A program made the translations under genes and the position numbers. Below, in pieces: positions 1-10,522 of a DNA stretch of 54,589 bases (position 1 is its first letter; each line of letters opens with the position of its first letter). The stretch is from an uncultured virus (IMG/VR IMGVR_UViG_3300042298_004026) (lineage: Duplodnaviria; Heunggongvirae; Uroviricota; Caudoviricetes): IMG/VR virus record IMGVR_UViG_3300042298_004026; one strand, 5' to 3'. Below the pieces are notes generated by a model. It saw only the letters and a list, made by a program, of their open reading frames with translations, did no database searches and was not told the origin of the DNA.

Positions 1-2
1 AT

Positions 3-1532
3 GATGGTGCAGTTGTTGTTGCAGCTGGTGGTGCTTATGGTACATACATTGATTTACAAGGTGCAGCACGTACAGAGGCTGAGCTTGTTACCAAATACAG
101 AGAAATGTCACAGCACCCAGAAGTGGAGCGTGCTGTTGATGATGTTATTAACGAAGCAATTGTTAATGATCCAGACCAAGACACAATCAGTATTGATCTG
201 GAAGAAACAAAACTATCACCCAACATTAAAAAACTAATCACGCAAGAATTTGAAAATGTTCTTGATTTATTAAGTTTTGAAAAGACGGGATTTGATCTAT
301 TTCGTAGATGGTATGTTGATGGGCGAATGTACTATCACGTTGTGATTGACGTTACAAAACCAGGCGATGGTATTAAAGAGCTACGGTATATTGACCCACG
401 CAAGCTGCGAAAAGTACGTGAAGTCACCCGCCGCCGGAACAAAAATTCTGTTACCTCACAGACGGAAGTTGTACAAGAATACTTCATATACAATGAAAAA
501 GGATTCCAGAACAAAGCCGGTGAAGTTGGTACTGCCAGCAATGTTCAAGGATTAAAGATAGCGCTCGACAGTATTGTTCATGTTACGTCGGGCCTTACCG
601 ACACAAACAGTACACTTGTTTTGTCACATCTTCATAAAGCGATAAAACCATTAAATCAACTCAGAGCTTTAGAAGACGCCACAATCATATACAGAATATC
701 AAGAGCACCAGAGCGTCGTATATTTTATATTGATGTTGGTAACCTGCCAAAAATGAAAGCAGAACAGTACCTACGCGATATGATGATTCGTCATAAAAAT
801 AAGATCGTATATGACTCATCTACTGGTGAGATACGCGACGACCGTAAATTTATGACGATGTTAGAAGATTATTGGTTCCCAAGACGAGAAGGTAGCAGGG
901 GTACAGAGATTTCAACTCTACCGGCTGGTCAAAACCTCGGAGAGTTACAGGACGTCGAATACTTTCAAAAGAAATTATACGAGTCGTTGAACGTTCCAAC
1001 ATCACGTCTTCAGTCAGACAACACATTTATGTTGGGTAACCAAGACGCTCAGATATCTCGTGATGAGATGAAATTTGCCAAATTTATTGATAGAGTGAGG
1101 ACAAGGTTTAATCATTTATTTCTTGAAGCTCTCTCGAAACAATTAGTGTTGAAAAACATAATGACTATCGAAGAGTGGGAACAGATACAAAATAAAGTCA
1201 CCTTCAATTATGCGAAGGACAATTTTTATGAAGAGCAGAAGAATGCATTGATTCTTCGCGACCGTCTTACTTCTTTGCAGACAATGGAACCATACATTGG
1301 TCGATATTTCTCTAATGATTGGGTACGTAAGCATGTTCTGTATCAAACAGAAGATGATATCGATGAGATGAATAAGCAAGTGAAAAAAGAGATGAAGGAT
1401 CCCCTATACCAGATGCAGGTAGATACTGAGGGTACTCCTGTGGACAGCGCTCGTCCGCTCGCAAGTACAACTGCTCAAGGACCTCAACCTGGTGGAGTCA
1501 GTTCCGTAGCTCCTGGTGATCAAAATAACTAA
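3..1532 (+). CDS. gp20: Portal vertex protein (5'-truncated by window edge)
   Basis: T4 gp20 motifs FRRWYVDGR, IYRISRAPERRIFYIDVGNLPK, MLEDYWFPRREG. The frame is open from base 3 (DGAVVVAAGGAYGTY...), so the true start lies upstream of the window. Confidence 0.97.
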   Translation, partial: DGAVVVAAGGAYGTYIDLQGAARTEAELVTKYREMSQHPEVERAVDDVINEAIVNDPDQDTISIDLEETKLSPNIKKLITQEFENVLDLLSFEKTGFDLFRRWYVDGRMYYHVVIDVTKPGDGIKELRYIDPRKLRKVREVTRRRNKNSVTSQTEVVQEYFIYNEKGFQNKAGEVGTASNVQGLKIALDSIVHVTSGLTDTNSTLVLSHLHKAIKPLNQLRALEDATIIYRISRAPERRIFYIDVGNLPKMKAEQYLRDMMIRHKNKIVYDSSTGEIRDDRKFMTMLEDYWFPRREGSRGTEISTLPAGQNLGELQDVEYFQKKLYESLNVPTSRLQSDNTFMLGNQDAQISRDEMKFAKFIDRVRTRFNHLFLEALSKQLVLKNIMTIEEWEQIQNKVTFNYAKDNFYEEQKNALILRDRLTSLQTMEPYIGRYFSNDWVRKHVLYQTEDDIDEMNKQVKKEMKDPLYQMQVDTEGTPVDSARPLASTTAQGPQPGGVSSVAPGDQNN

Positions 1533-1535
1533 ATA
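1528..1535 (+). promoter_or_regulatory. Candidate T4-type late promoter (ACTAAATA variant)
   Basis: Overlaps the gp20 stop, 12 nt before the ATG at 1548 with a GGAGG SD between; variant of the TATAAATA gp55 promoter. Confidence 0.5.
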
Positions 1536-1547
1536 ATTGGAGGAATT

Positions 1548-1826
1548 ATGACTGATAAACAATTTACTATTGCAGATATGATTGGAGCCGTAAACGATGA
1601 GAGTCCGAGTGGTTTTCAGGCTGCATTCAACTCATTAGTACTTGATAAGATACAAGATGCAATCAGTGCAAAGAAAGCAGAGATTGCAAGTAATTATTTT
1701 AACTACGAAGACGAAACAGAAGAAGAGGAAGACACGGAAGAAGAAACCTCAGACGCTGAAAGTAACGAAGGAACCGACGATGAAGACACTGAAACAGTTG
1801 CTGGAAAAGAAGACGGACAAAGCTGA
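1548..1826 (+). CDS. Small acidic prohead core protein (gp67-like)
   Basis: Directly after portal; very acidic E/D C-terminus; GGAGG SD. Confidence 0.65.
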   Translation: MTDKQFTIADMIGAVNDESPSGFQAAFNSLVLDKIQDAISAKKAEIASNYFNYEDETEEEEDTEEETSDAESNEGTDDEDTETVAGKEDGQS

Positions 1827-2658
1827 ACCAACGGCTCCTATTGAGCCTGATTCAGTTACTTCGTACGTTCCTAAATCAAAGGACGAGAAGCGCTTCATGG
1901 ACAAGCATGTCGTTCAAAAGATAGACGACGCTAATGGCAATGGAGATGATGTCTTTCGTGGTTCAAACATTAAGGCATATGATCGGTCTACGACAAGACA
2001 TGGTTATAACACCAAACAAGATCAAGCTGTTTATGAGACAAAACAAGTGAAAACTCTAACACAAATTCTCGGTGAAAAAACTCTTACCCCAGCCGAAATG
2101 AAGAAACGCGAAGAAATCGCGAAGGCAATGGAGCGTGAGACACCAGGTATGGATAAGTCGAAGAAAATGGCTATTGCTACCGCTACTGCAAAGAGAGTGG
2201 CTGAAGAAGTTGAGGAACTTGATGAAGCAGCTCGACACGAACAATATGCAACATATCATGCAGGTGTTAAAGATATGTTGAAAAAAATTGGCACTTACGC
2301 TGATGCTCATAAAGAAGCAGCAATGTCGCCAACAGAATATAGTAAAGAAAAAGGCGGCTATATGCATATGGGTCATGTCTCAGCTATGAAGAGTCTTCAC
2401 AGATCTCTTCAGGATATGCACGATAATTTACAGAGCGAGGTCGAATATTCGCAGCCACCCAAACCTCTTTTACCATATACAAACAAATTAAAAGAAGAAG
2501 CTGATCTGTTTAATATGTTTGACGACAGTGTTAAAGAACGATTAGAAGCAGTATATGAAGCTGTTGATGACGAATGCAAACAGATCATTAACGAGATGCT
2601 CAAAGCAGGGGAATATGACGAGCTCGTGAGCATCATCGAGGAGGTTAATAATGGCTGA
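1780..2658 (+). CDS. Putative prohead core/internal head protein
   Basis: Start reassigned to ATG 1780 (MKTLKQLLE, capsid-targeting-like). Contains EEVEELDEA putative gp21 sites; lies in head operon. Confidence 0.6.
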   Translation: MKTLKQLLEKKTDKAEPTAPIEPDSVTSYVPKSKDEKRFMDKHVVQKIDDANGNGDDVFRGSNIKAYDRSTTRHGYNTKQDQAVYETKQVKTLTQILGEKTLTPAEMKKREEIAKAMERETPGMDKSKKMAIATATAKRVAEEVEELDEAARHEQYATYHAGVKDMLKKIGTYADAHKEAAMSPTEYSKEKGGYMHMGHVSAMKSLHRSLQDMHDNLQSEVEYSQPPKPLLPYTNKLKEEADLFNMFDDSVKERLEAVYEAVDDECKQIINEMLKAGEYDELVSIIEEVNNG

Positions 2659-2893
2659 GACCGTAAAATTAATTGCCTCTGAGATTTCCGTAACTTCTGC
2701 TAATACGATTAGTGGTGCTAGTCTTGTAAGAGTATATGCTTCAGCCAATGCACTTATTACCTTAGCAAACACGGGTGGTACGATAGGTACATGCACAATG
2801 CCTGGTGGCACTATCGAATATTTTGTAAAACAACCAGCCGATACTATTGCATCGAACGTCGCAGTTCGGGCTACTTCAGTAGCATTTACGTAA
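2651..2893 (+). CDS. Small hypothetical virion protein
   Basis: 80 aa ORF, GGAGG SD, A/T/S/G-rich, between head genes. Confidence 0.6.
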   Translation: MAETVKLIASEISVTSANTISGASLVRVYASANALITLANTGGTIGTCTMPGGTIEYFVKQPADTIASNVAVRATSVAFT

Positions 2894-2902
2894 GGAAAAA
2901 AA

Positions 2903-3562
2903 ATGAAGCTGATTACCGAACTTAACGAAGATGTCAAATACCTTATCGAAGAACGTGAAGGTAAGAAAAACATGTTCATCGAAGGTATCATTATGCAAGG
3001 TAATATTGCAAATAAGAACGGTCGGATGTATAGAATTGAAACACTCGAACGAGAAATGAACAGATATAACGAACAATATGTTTCGAAAAACCGAGCCTAT
3101 GGTGAGTTAGGTCATCCATCTGGTCCGACGCTCAACTTAGAGCGAGCATGCATTATGTTCAAATCTCTTCGTCGTGAAGGGAATAATATTGTCGGCCGCG
3201 CTAAAGTTCTTGACACCCCAATGGGTAACATCGTTAAAGGATTAATTAATGAAGGAGCCAATCTAGGCATTTCTTCAAGAGGCATGGGTAGTGTAAAAGA
3301 GGGTAAGGACGGAGTTATGGAAGTCCAGGACGATTATTACCTTGCAACAGCTGGTGACATCGTTGCTGATCCTTCAGCACCCGAGGCATTTGTGCGAGGT
3401 ATCATGGAAGGCGTTGAGTGGATTTGGGACAACGGTGTCCTAAAAGCACAAAAGCTCGAGCAGTATAAAGAAGAGATTAATCGTGGAGCCCGCCGCAAAA
3501 TATCAGAAGAAACTGCAATTAATTTATTCAAGCAGTTTCTCTCAGAAATTACGAAAAGATGA
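2903..3562 (+). CDS. gp21: Prohead core protease
   Basis: MKLITE start; NKNGRMY, AYGELGHP, GISSRGMGS, DIVADPSAPEAFV motifs. Confidence 0.96.
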   Translation: MKLITELNEDVKYLIEEREGKKNMFIEGIIMQGNIANKNGRMYRIETLEREMNRYNEQYVSKNRAYGELGHPSGPTLNLERACIMFKSLRREGNNIVGRAKVLDTPMGNIVKGLINEGANLGISSRGMGSVKEGKDGVMEVQDDYYLATAGDIVADPSAPEAFVRGIMEGVEWIWDNGVLKAQKLEQYKEEINRGARRKISEETAINLFKQFLSEITKR

Positions 3563-3565
3563 TTT

Positions 3566-3573
3566 TATAAATA
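3566..3573 (+). promoter_or_regulatory. T4-type late promoter TATAAATA
   Basis: Exact consensus in the intergenic gap before gp22. Confidence 0.85.
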
Positions 3574-3598
3574 AATAAAAAGTCAAAGGAGCTTTTAA

Positions 3599-4624
3599 AT
3601 GACCGTAAAACAAAAACAATTGGATGAAAAGATCCAAACTGGCGGCGGAGCTACTGGAGTTTCTCATACAGCAGATCCTGTTGCAAAAAATGCAACTCTT
3701 CCAGCATCGCATCTAGGCAACGGTGAGAAAATGAACACCACTGCTCACATTGCACCAGGTGAAGGTGAAGAAGAAACCAGTACCGAGAACAATGTTAAAA
3801 CAACGAAAGACACAGCTGGTAGTAATAAAGCGTCTGTTGGTATGAAGGGCAGTGCTGCTACCCCTGGCCAATCGTATAGCTTTGCTCCCAACAGTGTTAA
3901 AGAGGACGTAGAGGCCATGTTTGCTGGTTCAGAACTTTCCGAAGAGTTTAAAGAAAAGGCAGCTGTTATTTTTGAAGCTGCTGTTACTGCACAAGTAAAT
4001 GAAGCTGTTGCTGATCTTGAAGAGCAGTATAACACAGCTCTTGCTGAAGAGCTAGCAAAGATTTTCGAAGATCTGACAGATAAGATTGATCAGTATATGA
4101 CCTACACGGTTGAGCAGTGGATGGAAGAGAATCAAGTTGCTATCGAACATTCGCTCCGTACTGAGATCACTGAAGAGTTCATTACCAACTTAAAGAGTTT
4201 GTTTGAACAAAGCTACATTTCAATTCCTGAAGAGAAGTTTGATGTTGTCGAAGGTATGACAGCTGAAATGGAAGAAATGAAAGCCGAACTCGATAAGGCA
4301 ATTGAAGAGAATATGGAGCTTAAAAATGCTCTAATCGAATCTTCACGTAAAGAAATTATTGCTCAGGTTTCTGAAGGTCTTGCTGCTACACAGTCTGAAA
4401 AACTTGTAGCTCTTGCTGAGGGTGTTGAGTTTGATTCTCTTGAGAACTATCGCAAGAAACTAGAGATTGTCAAAGAGAATTATTTCCCAACCGATAAGCC
4501 AGCTAGTGCAAAACAAAATCTTCTTGAACAAATCAATGAAGAGAATGTTGAGCCCGCAAAAGCAACTGTCAATAGCCCCGTGTCCGCGTACGCCCAAGCT
4601 ATTTCCAGAACGGTTAAAAAATAA
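3599..4624 (+). CDS. gp22: Prohead scaffold/core protein
   Basis: LSEEFKEKAAVIFEAAV, EQWMEENQVAIE, KLEIVKENYF; acidic coiled coil between gp21 and gp23. Confidence 0.93.
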   Translation: MTVKQKQLDEKIQTGGGATGVSHTADPVAKNATLPASHLGNGEKMNTTAHIAPGEGEEETSTENNVKTTKDTAGSNKASVGMKGSAATPGQSYSFAPNSVKEDVEAMFAGSELSEEFKEKAAVIFEAAVTAQVNEAVADLEEQYNTALAEELAKIFEDLTDKIDQYMTYTVEQWMEENQVAIEHSLRTEITEEFITNLKSLFEQSYISIPEEKFDVVEGMTAEMEEMKAELDKAIEENMELKNALIESSRKEIIAQVSEGLAATQSEKLVALAEGVEFDSLENYRKKLEIVKENYFPTDKPASAKQNLLEQINEENVEPAKATVNSPVSAYAQAISRTVKK

Positions 4625-4628
4625 TCTT

Positions 4629-4636
4629 TATAAATA
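4629..4636 (+). promoter_or_regulatory. T4-type late promoter TATAAATA
   Basis: Exact consensus before the major capsid gene. Confidence 0.85.
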
Positions 4637-4677
4637 ATTAACATCCAATTAACTAAACCAAAAAGGGGATAGAAAAA

Positions 4678-6033
4678 ATGTACCTTAATGAAGAAATTCA
4701 AAACAAGTGGGCTCCTGTATTGAACCACGACGATCTTCCTAAGATCGATAATAGCCATAAGCGGTCCGTCGTGGCACAGTTGCTTGAGAACACAGAAAGA
4801 GCTCTTATGGAAGCTGGTGGTCAGGCTCCTGGTAGCCAGTTCCTTGCAGAATCGCCAGTTCCTATCAACTCGGGTGTGTCTGGTGGTGCTGGTAACATTG
4901 CAACTTTCGATCCAGTGCTTATTAGCCTTGTTCGTCGTGCGATGCCTAACCTTATCGCTTATGACATTTGCGGCGTTCAGCCAATGACTGGCCCCACAGG
5001 CCTGATATTTGCAATGCGCTCGCAGTATGGTAACACGACATCTGCAAATGTTGCTGAGACATTCTACAACGAAGTTAACACAGAATTCTCGTCTGTTGTG
5101 TCCGGTGCAAACACGCTTGGCCTCAAGCAGGTTGGTGGTGTTCCTGGTAACACTTCTGTCACAGCTAACTTGGCAGAGCAGGGTGTTTACAACTTTGCAA
5201 GAGGTATGTCGACGGCACAAGCAGAAGCTCTGGGAACAGATAGCAACACAGCTTTCCCACAGATGGGTTTCACGATCGACAAAGTTACGGTTACAGCAGT
5301 TTCGCGTGCTCTGAAGGCTGAATACACGATGGAACTTGCACAAGACCTTAAAGCAATTCATGGTCTTGATGCAGAAACAGAACTCTCCAATATTCTTACT
5401 GGTGAGATTCTTGCTGAGATCAACCGTGAAGTTGTTCGTACAATCAACGTCACAGCAAAACAAGGTTGCTCGTCTGGTACCACAACAGCTGGTATCTTCG
5501 ACCTTGACGTTGATGCAAACGGCCGTTGGTCGGTTGAGAAGTTCAAAGGTCTGATGTTCCAGATCGAGCGTGAAGCTAACCAAATCGCCAAAGACACACG
5601 TCGTGGCAAAGGTAACATCATCATCTGCTCGAGCGACGTTGCATCTGCTCTTCAGATGGCTGGTGTTCTTGATTACACGCCTGCTCTTAACAGCAACAAC
5701 CTCCAAATCGATGACACGGGTAACACGTTCGCTGGTGTTCTGAACGGTCGTATGCGTGTTTATATCGATCCATATGCAACAGGCAACTATATGACTATCG
5801 GCTACAAAGGCTCGAGCGCCTTCGATGCTGGTATCTTCTACTGCCCATATGTTCCTCTCCAAATGGTTCGTGCTGTTGATCAAGACAGCTTCGCACCAAA
5901 GATCGGCTTCAAGACACGTTACGGCATGGTTGCAAATCCGTTTGCACAAGGCCTGACACGTACCAACCTTGGTGCTATGATCAAAGATAGCAACGTGTAC
6001 TATCGTCGTACACTTGTTCAAAACCTGCTATAA
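4678..6033 (+). CDS. gp23: Major capsid protein
   Basis: DPVLISLVRRAMPNLIAYDICGVQPMTGPTGLIFAMR, SRALKAEYTMELAQDLKAIHGLDAE, PKIGFKTRYG. Confidence 0.99.
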   Translation: MYLNEEIQNKWAPVLNHDDLPKIDNSHKRSVVAQLLENTERALMEAGGQAPGSQFLAESPVPINSGVSGGAGNIATFDPVLISLVRRAMPNLIAYDICGVQPMTGPTGLIFAMRSQYGNTTSANVAETFYNEVNTEFSSVVSGANTLGLKQVGGVPGNTSVTANLAEQGVYNFARGMSTAQAEALGTDSNTAFPQMGFTIDKVTVTAVSRALKAEYTMELAQDLKAIHGLDAETELSNILTGEILAEINREVVRTINVTAKQGCSSGTTTAGIFDLDVDANGRWSVEKFKGLMFQIEREANQIAKDTRRGKGNIIICSSDVASALQMAGVLDYTPALNSNNLQIDDTGNTFAGVLNGRMRVYIDPYATGNYMTIGYKGSSAFDAGIFYCPYVPLQMVRAVDQDSFAPKIGFKTRYGMVANPFAQGLTRTNLGAMIKDSNVYYRRTLVQNLL

Positions 6034-6061
6034 AAGAAAAACAACAAGGCAGAGTTTTTTC

Positions 6062-6088
6062 AAAGGGGCGCTTCGGCGCCCCTTTTTT
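6062..6088 (+). terminator. Rho-independent terminator with cUUCGg tetraloop
   Basis: AAAGGGGCGC-TTCG-GCGCCCCTTT followed by T run, just after gp23. Confidence 0.93.
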
Positions 6089-6092
6089 ATTG

Positions 6093-6100
6093 CATAAATA
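6093..6100 (+). promoter_or_regulatory. Late promoter variant CATAAATA
   Basis: Immediately after the terminator and upstream of gp3. Confidence 0.65.
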
Positions 6101-6129
6101 TTTTATAGCACACATATGGAATATACGCA

Positions 6130-6651
6130 ATGACTGCTTTAACCAACCAACCAGAAAACACAAACTTTCTTTCGCCACTTGGCTACAAGTTGTTGATAAA
6201 GAAACTACCTCATGTAAACTTTTTCATCCAAGGCGTAGCTGTTCCGAGTGTTTCTCTAGGAACAGCCGATGTTGATACTCCTTTTACAAGAATACCTTTC
6301 CCAGGTACTAAACTTACGTTCCAAAATTTAGAAGTGACATTTAAAATTGACGAGGACATGCAGAATTATATTGAGGTATTCAACTGGATGAATGAGTTAG
6401 GATTCCCTGATAATTTTGCTGAATATCAAGCAATAGCTGCAAAACCTCTATACACTGGTGATGGTATATTCTCTGACATGACTCTTACCATCCTAACAAG
6501 TGCTATGAATCCCAATATTGCTATCGATTTCATAGACTGCTTCCCTGTTGACCTTTCCTCCATAATGTTTGATAGTACACCTGCCGATGTTGAGTATTTA
6601 ACAGCTACTATTACTTTTGCTAATAGAAGGTTTAACATAAGAAGATTGTAA
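6130..6651 (+). CDS. gp3: Tail completion/tube terminator protein
   Basis: NFLSPLGYK, FKIDEDMQNYIEVFNWM, SDMTLTILTS, FIDCFPVDLS; usual position after gp23. Confidence 0.88.
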   Translation: MTALTNQPENTNFLSPLGYKLLIKKLPHVNFFIQGVAVPSVSLGTADVDTPFTRIPFPGTKLTFQNLEVTFKIDEDMQNYIEVFNWMNELGFPDNFAEYQAIAAKPLYTGDGIFSDMTLTILTSAMNPNIAIDFIDCFPVDLSSIMFDSTPADVEYLTATITFANRRFNIRRL

Positions 6652-6652
6652 T

Positions 6653-7087
6653 ATGAAATTTGAAGATATTATGAATATGTGGGAACAAGATGCAAAGATG
6701 GATCAAACAGAGCTGGGGGAAGAAAGTGTAAAGGTACCTATTCTTCATTATAAGTATTATAAGATACTTGTTGATGAGGGGCTACTATACAAGAAATGTG
6801 AGATTGATTACAAGTCTCTTTACAAACTTAAATTTGAGTACTACATGGGTACTCTCGATAAAGAAACGCTTGAAGAGCGGGGCTGGGAACCTAATGGCCT
6901 GAAGATCCTCAAAGCCGATCTATCGATTTACACGGATGCAGATCCTGAGTTACAAATGCTTCAAGCACGAATCGACGTTCAAAAACAAAAGATATCTTTC
7001 CTCGAGTCAGTCATAAAGACAATATCTAACAGGGGCTTCTTGATTAAGAACATGATCGATTGGGAGAGGTTTAAGGTAGGTGCATGA
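6653..7087 (+). CDS. uvsY: Recombination mediator UvsY
   Basis: MWEQDAKMD, LHYKYY, RGFLIKNMIDWERF; precedes uvsW. Confidence 0.88.
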   Translation: MKFEDIMNMWEQDAKMDQTELGEESVKVPILHYKYYKILVDEGLLYKKCEIDYKSLYKLKFEYYMGTLDKETLEERGWEPNGLKILKADLSIYTDADPELQMLQARIDVQKQKISFLESVIKTISNRGFLIKNMIDWERFKVGA

Positions 7088-8553
7088 CAGAAACACTTCG
7101 CATTCACAAACTTAACGACGTACATCTTAAAGTTGTTTGTGATGCTGGTATACTTTACGAACTAGGTGAGTACTTTACATTCAATGTCCCTGGTGCTAGA
7201 TTTTCTCCTGCATTTAAAAATAGGGTGTGGGATGGAAAAATCCGTCTCTTTCATTCTATGCGTGGTACGCTGTACACAGGACTTTTAAACGAACTCTTAT
7301 CTTTTGCAAAAGATAGGAAATATAACGTTGAGTATGATAATCTGGATGATTTTGCTGAGGATGAATTTCCTGATCAAAAAGCAAACGAGTTTATATTTAC
7401 ATTGGAATTACCGCATACTGTTCGGGATTATCAGTACGAAGCATTTGTACATTGCGTGAGACGAAACAGAGCGTTGTTGTTATCACCAACCGCGTCGGGC
7501 AAGTCATTAATTATCTTTATGCTTGCTGCATATTATGTTAACGAAAAGGTTTTAATTGTAACCCCAAACGTTAGCCTTGTACATCAAATGGCAGCCGACT
7601 TTATTTCTTATGGGTGTCCCGAGCACCTCATACACAAGATTCATGAAGGCCAACCAAAAGACAACCCAGACGCATACTTTACTATCACCACATGGCAAAG
7701 TATATACAAACAACCAAAAAAGTGGTTTGATAAGTACGGTGCTGTTATAGGTGATGAGGCTCATCAATTCAAAGCAAAGAGTCTTGTAAGTATAATGGAG
7801 CAGCTTGTTCATTGTCGTTATAGGTTCGGATTTACAGGAACATTGGACGGTACCAATACTAACAAGTTAGTGCTCGAGGGATTGTTTGGCCCTGTTAGAC
7901 AAGTAACAACAACATCAGAAATGATGCAAAAGAAGAACGTAGCTCAGTTACAAATAAAAGCGCTTGTACTCAACTACAGTGAAGCAACCCGTAAACTCTT
8001 TGCTAAGAGTAGACCTGATTATAAAAGTGAGCTCAAATACATTGTACGTTCTACGCCTCGTAATAAGTTCTTGATAAACCTTGCATCATCCCTTAAAAAC
8101 AATACTTTATTGTTGTTTAATTTTGTTGAACATGGTAAGTTGCTGTATAATGCCATTAAACAGCAGAATCCTAATAGGTCAGTTTTCATGGTGTATGGTA
8201 AAGTTGAGGGTGAGGAAAGAGAAGATATACGTAAGTACACAGAAGAAAATACTGACGTGATTATAGTCGCGTCCTATAAAACATTCTCAACAGGTATAAA
8301 CATTCCCAGCTTGGAAAATGTAATTTTTGGTAGCCCTAGTAAATCAAGAGTACGAGTATTGCAATCCATTGGTCGAGCGTTACGAGTAAGCGATAAAAAA
8401 GAGTCAGCTAAATTATACGATGTAGCTGACGATATATCATGGCAATCGTATAAAAATACTTCAATACGACATTTCTCTGAGAGAGTTCAAATGTATAATC
8501 AAGAACAGTTTGATTATAAAATTTATACAATCAACGTAAAGGACAACTCATGA
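7084..8553 (+). CDS. uvsW: SF2 RNA-DNA/DNA helicase UvsW
   Basis: WDGKIRLF, SPTASGKS, GDEAH, GFTGT, QSIGRALR. Confidence 0.96.
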   Translation: MTETLRIHKLNDVHLKVVCDAGILYELGEYFTFNVPGARFSPAFKNRVWDGKIRLFHSMRGTLYTGLLNELLSFAKDRKYNVEYDNLDDFAEDEFPDQKANEFIFTLELPHTVRDYQYEAFVHCVRRNRALLLSPTASGKSLIIFMLAAYYVNEKVLIVTPNVSLVHQMAADFISYGCPEHLIHKIHEGQPKDNPDAYFTITTWQSIYKQPKKWFDKYGAVIGDEAHQFKAKSLVSIMEQLVHCRYRFGFTGTLDGTNTNKLVLEGLFGPVRQVTTTSEMMQKKNVAQLQIKALVLNYSEATRKLFAKSRPDYKSELKYIVRSTPRNKFLINLASSLKNNTLLLFNFVEHGKLLYNAIKQQNPNRSVFMVYGKVEGEEREDIRKYTEENTDVIIVASYKTFSTGINIPSLENVIFGSPSKSRVRVLQSIGRALRVSDKKESAKLYDVADDISWQSYKNTSIRHFSERVQMYNQEQFDYKIYTINVKDNS

Positions 8554-8939
8554 ACTCAATAATTTTAGTTAAACTAGCAGATGGTAATGAGTTGATTGGT
8601 GAGTTACTTGAAGATCAAAAAACTCATATAAGGCTAATGAAAGCTCTACAGATTCATTATCGTTATTACATGGGTGGCATTCCGCATATATCCTTTTCAC
8701 GATACATGATGTTTACTGCTGAGCCTCATGTTGTTATTGATACGAGACACGTCATGACTATTGCATTAGCTCGTAAAGCATTCGTTGACTACTACATCGA
8801 CAATGTGGAAGATTACTTTAGTGGCTCGGAAGACATCGTCGATAACGAACTGACATCAGCTTTGTCTACCACACAAAAAGAACAACAAATGAAAAAAATT
8901 CTTGAATCAATGCCAACAGATAAAGCGACATTAAATTAA
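8550..8939 (+). CDS. Conserved T4-like hypothetical protein (possible Sm-like fold)
   Basis: IILVKLADGNELIG N-terminus; coupled between uvsW and gp55. Confidence 0.6.
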   Translation: MNSIILVKLADGNELIGELLEDQKTHIRLMKALQIHYRYYMGGIPHISFSRYMMFTAEPHVVIDTRHVMTIALARKAFVDYYIDNVEDYFSGSEDIVDNELTSALSTTQKEQQMKKILESMPTDKATLN

Positions 8940-8940
8940 C

Positions 8941-9492
8941 ATGAGCACACATTACGTTGATAATAAACAATTATATACAGTCATTCTTCAGTACAAAGTA
9001 GACGTTGAAAATGCCGAAGTACAAGGATTATCAAAACCACAAATTCCTAACTATGTTGGGGAATGTATCTTGCTTATCGCTCAGCGGCTTGCAACCAAAC
9101 CCAACTTTATTAATTATTCATATCGAGAGGAAATGATAAGTGATGGAATCGAAAACTGTATTAGCTATTTTGATAACTTTGATCCTAGCAAGTCCGATAA
9201 TCCTTTTGCTTATTTCACACAAATCATATATTTCGCATTTCTTCGACGAATTCAAAAAGAAAAGAAACAGGTCTATATAAAACACAAAACTGCTGAAAAT
9301 AGTATGGTGTTTAATGAGATTATAGAACAGGCTGACGGTGACGACTTTATGCCCGTGCTTGAAATTGATGCCGATAACATATCTGAATTTATCAGGGCAT
9401 TTGAGGAAAACATTGACAAGAAAAAAGTAAAAAGAAAGAAGGGTGTTGAGTTGTTTATTGAGGAAGATAATGAAAATAGCGTTGTTGGGTGA
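8941..9492 (+). CDS. gp55: Late-transcription sigma factor
   Basis: HYVDNK, NFINYSYREEMISDGIENC, NPFAYFTQIIYFAFLRRIQKEKKQ. Confidence 0.96.
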   Translation: MSTHYVDNKQLYTVILQYKVDVENAEVQGLSKPQIPNYVGECILLIAQRLATKPNFINYSYREEMISDGIENCISYFDNFDPSKSDNPFAYFTQIIYFAFLRRIQKEKKQVYIKHKTAENSMVFNEIIEQADGDDFMPVLEIDADNISEFIRAFEENIDKKKVKRKKGVELFIEEDNENSVVG

Positions 9493-10519
9493 CGTGCATT
9501 TTGGCGCGCGTAATGATAGCGCTGCCTTTCATAAGCACTTCGCTAAATTCTATAATGAAGTCTTTTTTCCCTATCTTGAGGAACACAACATCCTTCATGT
9601 TATTCAATTGGGTGATGTGTTCGACCGTCGTAAGTATGTTAACTTTCAAAGTCTTCAGCTTGCTCGGGAATATTTCTTTAATCGTTTAAACAAAGATTAT
9701 GTGTCGTGGTTGTTGGTTGGTAATCACGACACATACTATAAAAACACCAATGAAGTAAATTCGTTAGACCTTTTGCTACAGGGATATCATAACATCCATC
9801 GTATTAATAGGTGCCGATCAGTTGAGTTTGAAGATGTTAATTTTATGTTGGTACCCTGGTGGTGTGAAGATAATGATGCTCATATCAGGGAAGTATTATC
9901 GAGCACATCAGCAACTCATATTGTAGGTCATTTTGAAATTGACGGCTTTGATTTATACAAGGGTGTATCTTATCAAGGTGAAATAAAACCTTCGCTGTTC
10001 AAAAACTTTGAGGCAGTTTATACAGGACATTTCCATCATAAATCGTCTCGAGGGAATATTCATTACCTAGGTACACCATACGAACTCACGTGGTCAGACT
10101 TTGATGATCCAAAAGGATTTCATGTGTTTGATACGGAAACACGAGAGTTATCTTTTGTGCAAAATCCATTTAAGTTACATCACAAATTATATTATAATGA
10201 TACGACTATGGATGTTATGAACATTGACCTATCACAATACAATGAAACATTTGTGAAGGTAATTATAGGAAGCAAATCTAACCCATATATGTTTGATCTG
10301 TTTATTGATAAACTTGAAAAAGCAGGCGCATACAGTGTTCAAGTTGTCGACGATCATTTTCATATGGACACACTTCAGGATACAGATATAGTAAGTGAGG
10401 CAGAGGATACACGAACAATTGTAACCAAATATATTAAACAGCTCGATCATGTTGTAGATAAACAACAGTTGGAGTCGTTGATGTTAACGCTTTATGAAGA
10501 AGCATTGAATGTGGAGTGA
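9470..10519 (+). CDS. gp47: Recombination endonuclease subunit (Mre11/SbcD-like)
   Basis: GDVHFG, GDVFDRRK, GNHD, GHFH metallophosphoesterase motifs; start taken at ATG 9470. Confidence 0.95.
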   Translation: MKIALLGDVHFGARNDSAAFHKHFAKFYNEVFFPYLEEHNILHVIQLGDVFDRRKYVNFQSLQLAREYFFNRLNKDYVSWLLVGNHDTYYKNTNEVNSLDLLLQGYHNIHRINRCRSVEFEDVNFMLVPWWCEDNDAHIREVLSSTSATHIVGHFEIDGFDLYKGVSYQGEIKPSLFKNFEAVYTGHFHHKSSRGNIHYLGTPYELTWSDFDDPKGFHVFDTETRELSFVQNPFKLHHKLYYNDTTMDVMNIDLSQYNETFVKVIIGSKSNPYMFDLFIDKLEKAGAYSVQVVDDHFHMDTLQDTDIVSEAEDTRTIVTKYIKQLDHVVDKQQLESLMLTLYEEALNVE

Positions 10520-10522
10520 AGG

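Noticed and set aside
1642..1779. N-terminal extension of the 338 aa ORF
   Set aside because: Overlaps the 1548-1826 gene; ATG 1780 has an SD and a sensible N-terminus.
4480..6021. 513 aa minus-strand ORF
   Set aside because: Antisense shadow of gp23, explained by strong codon bias; no recognisable motifs.
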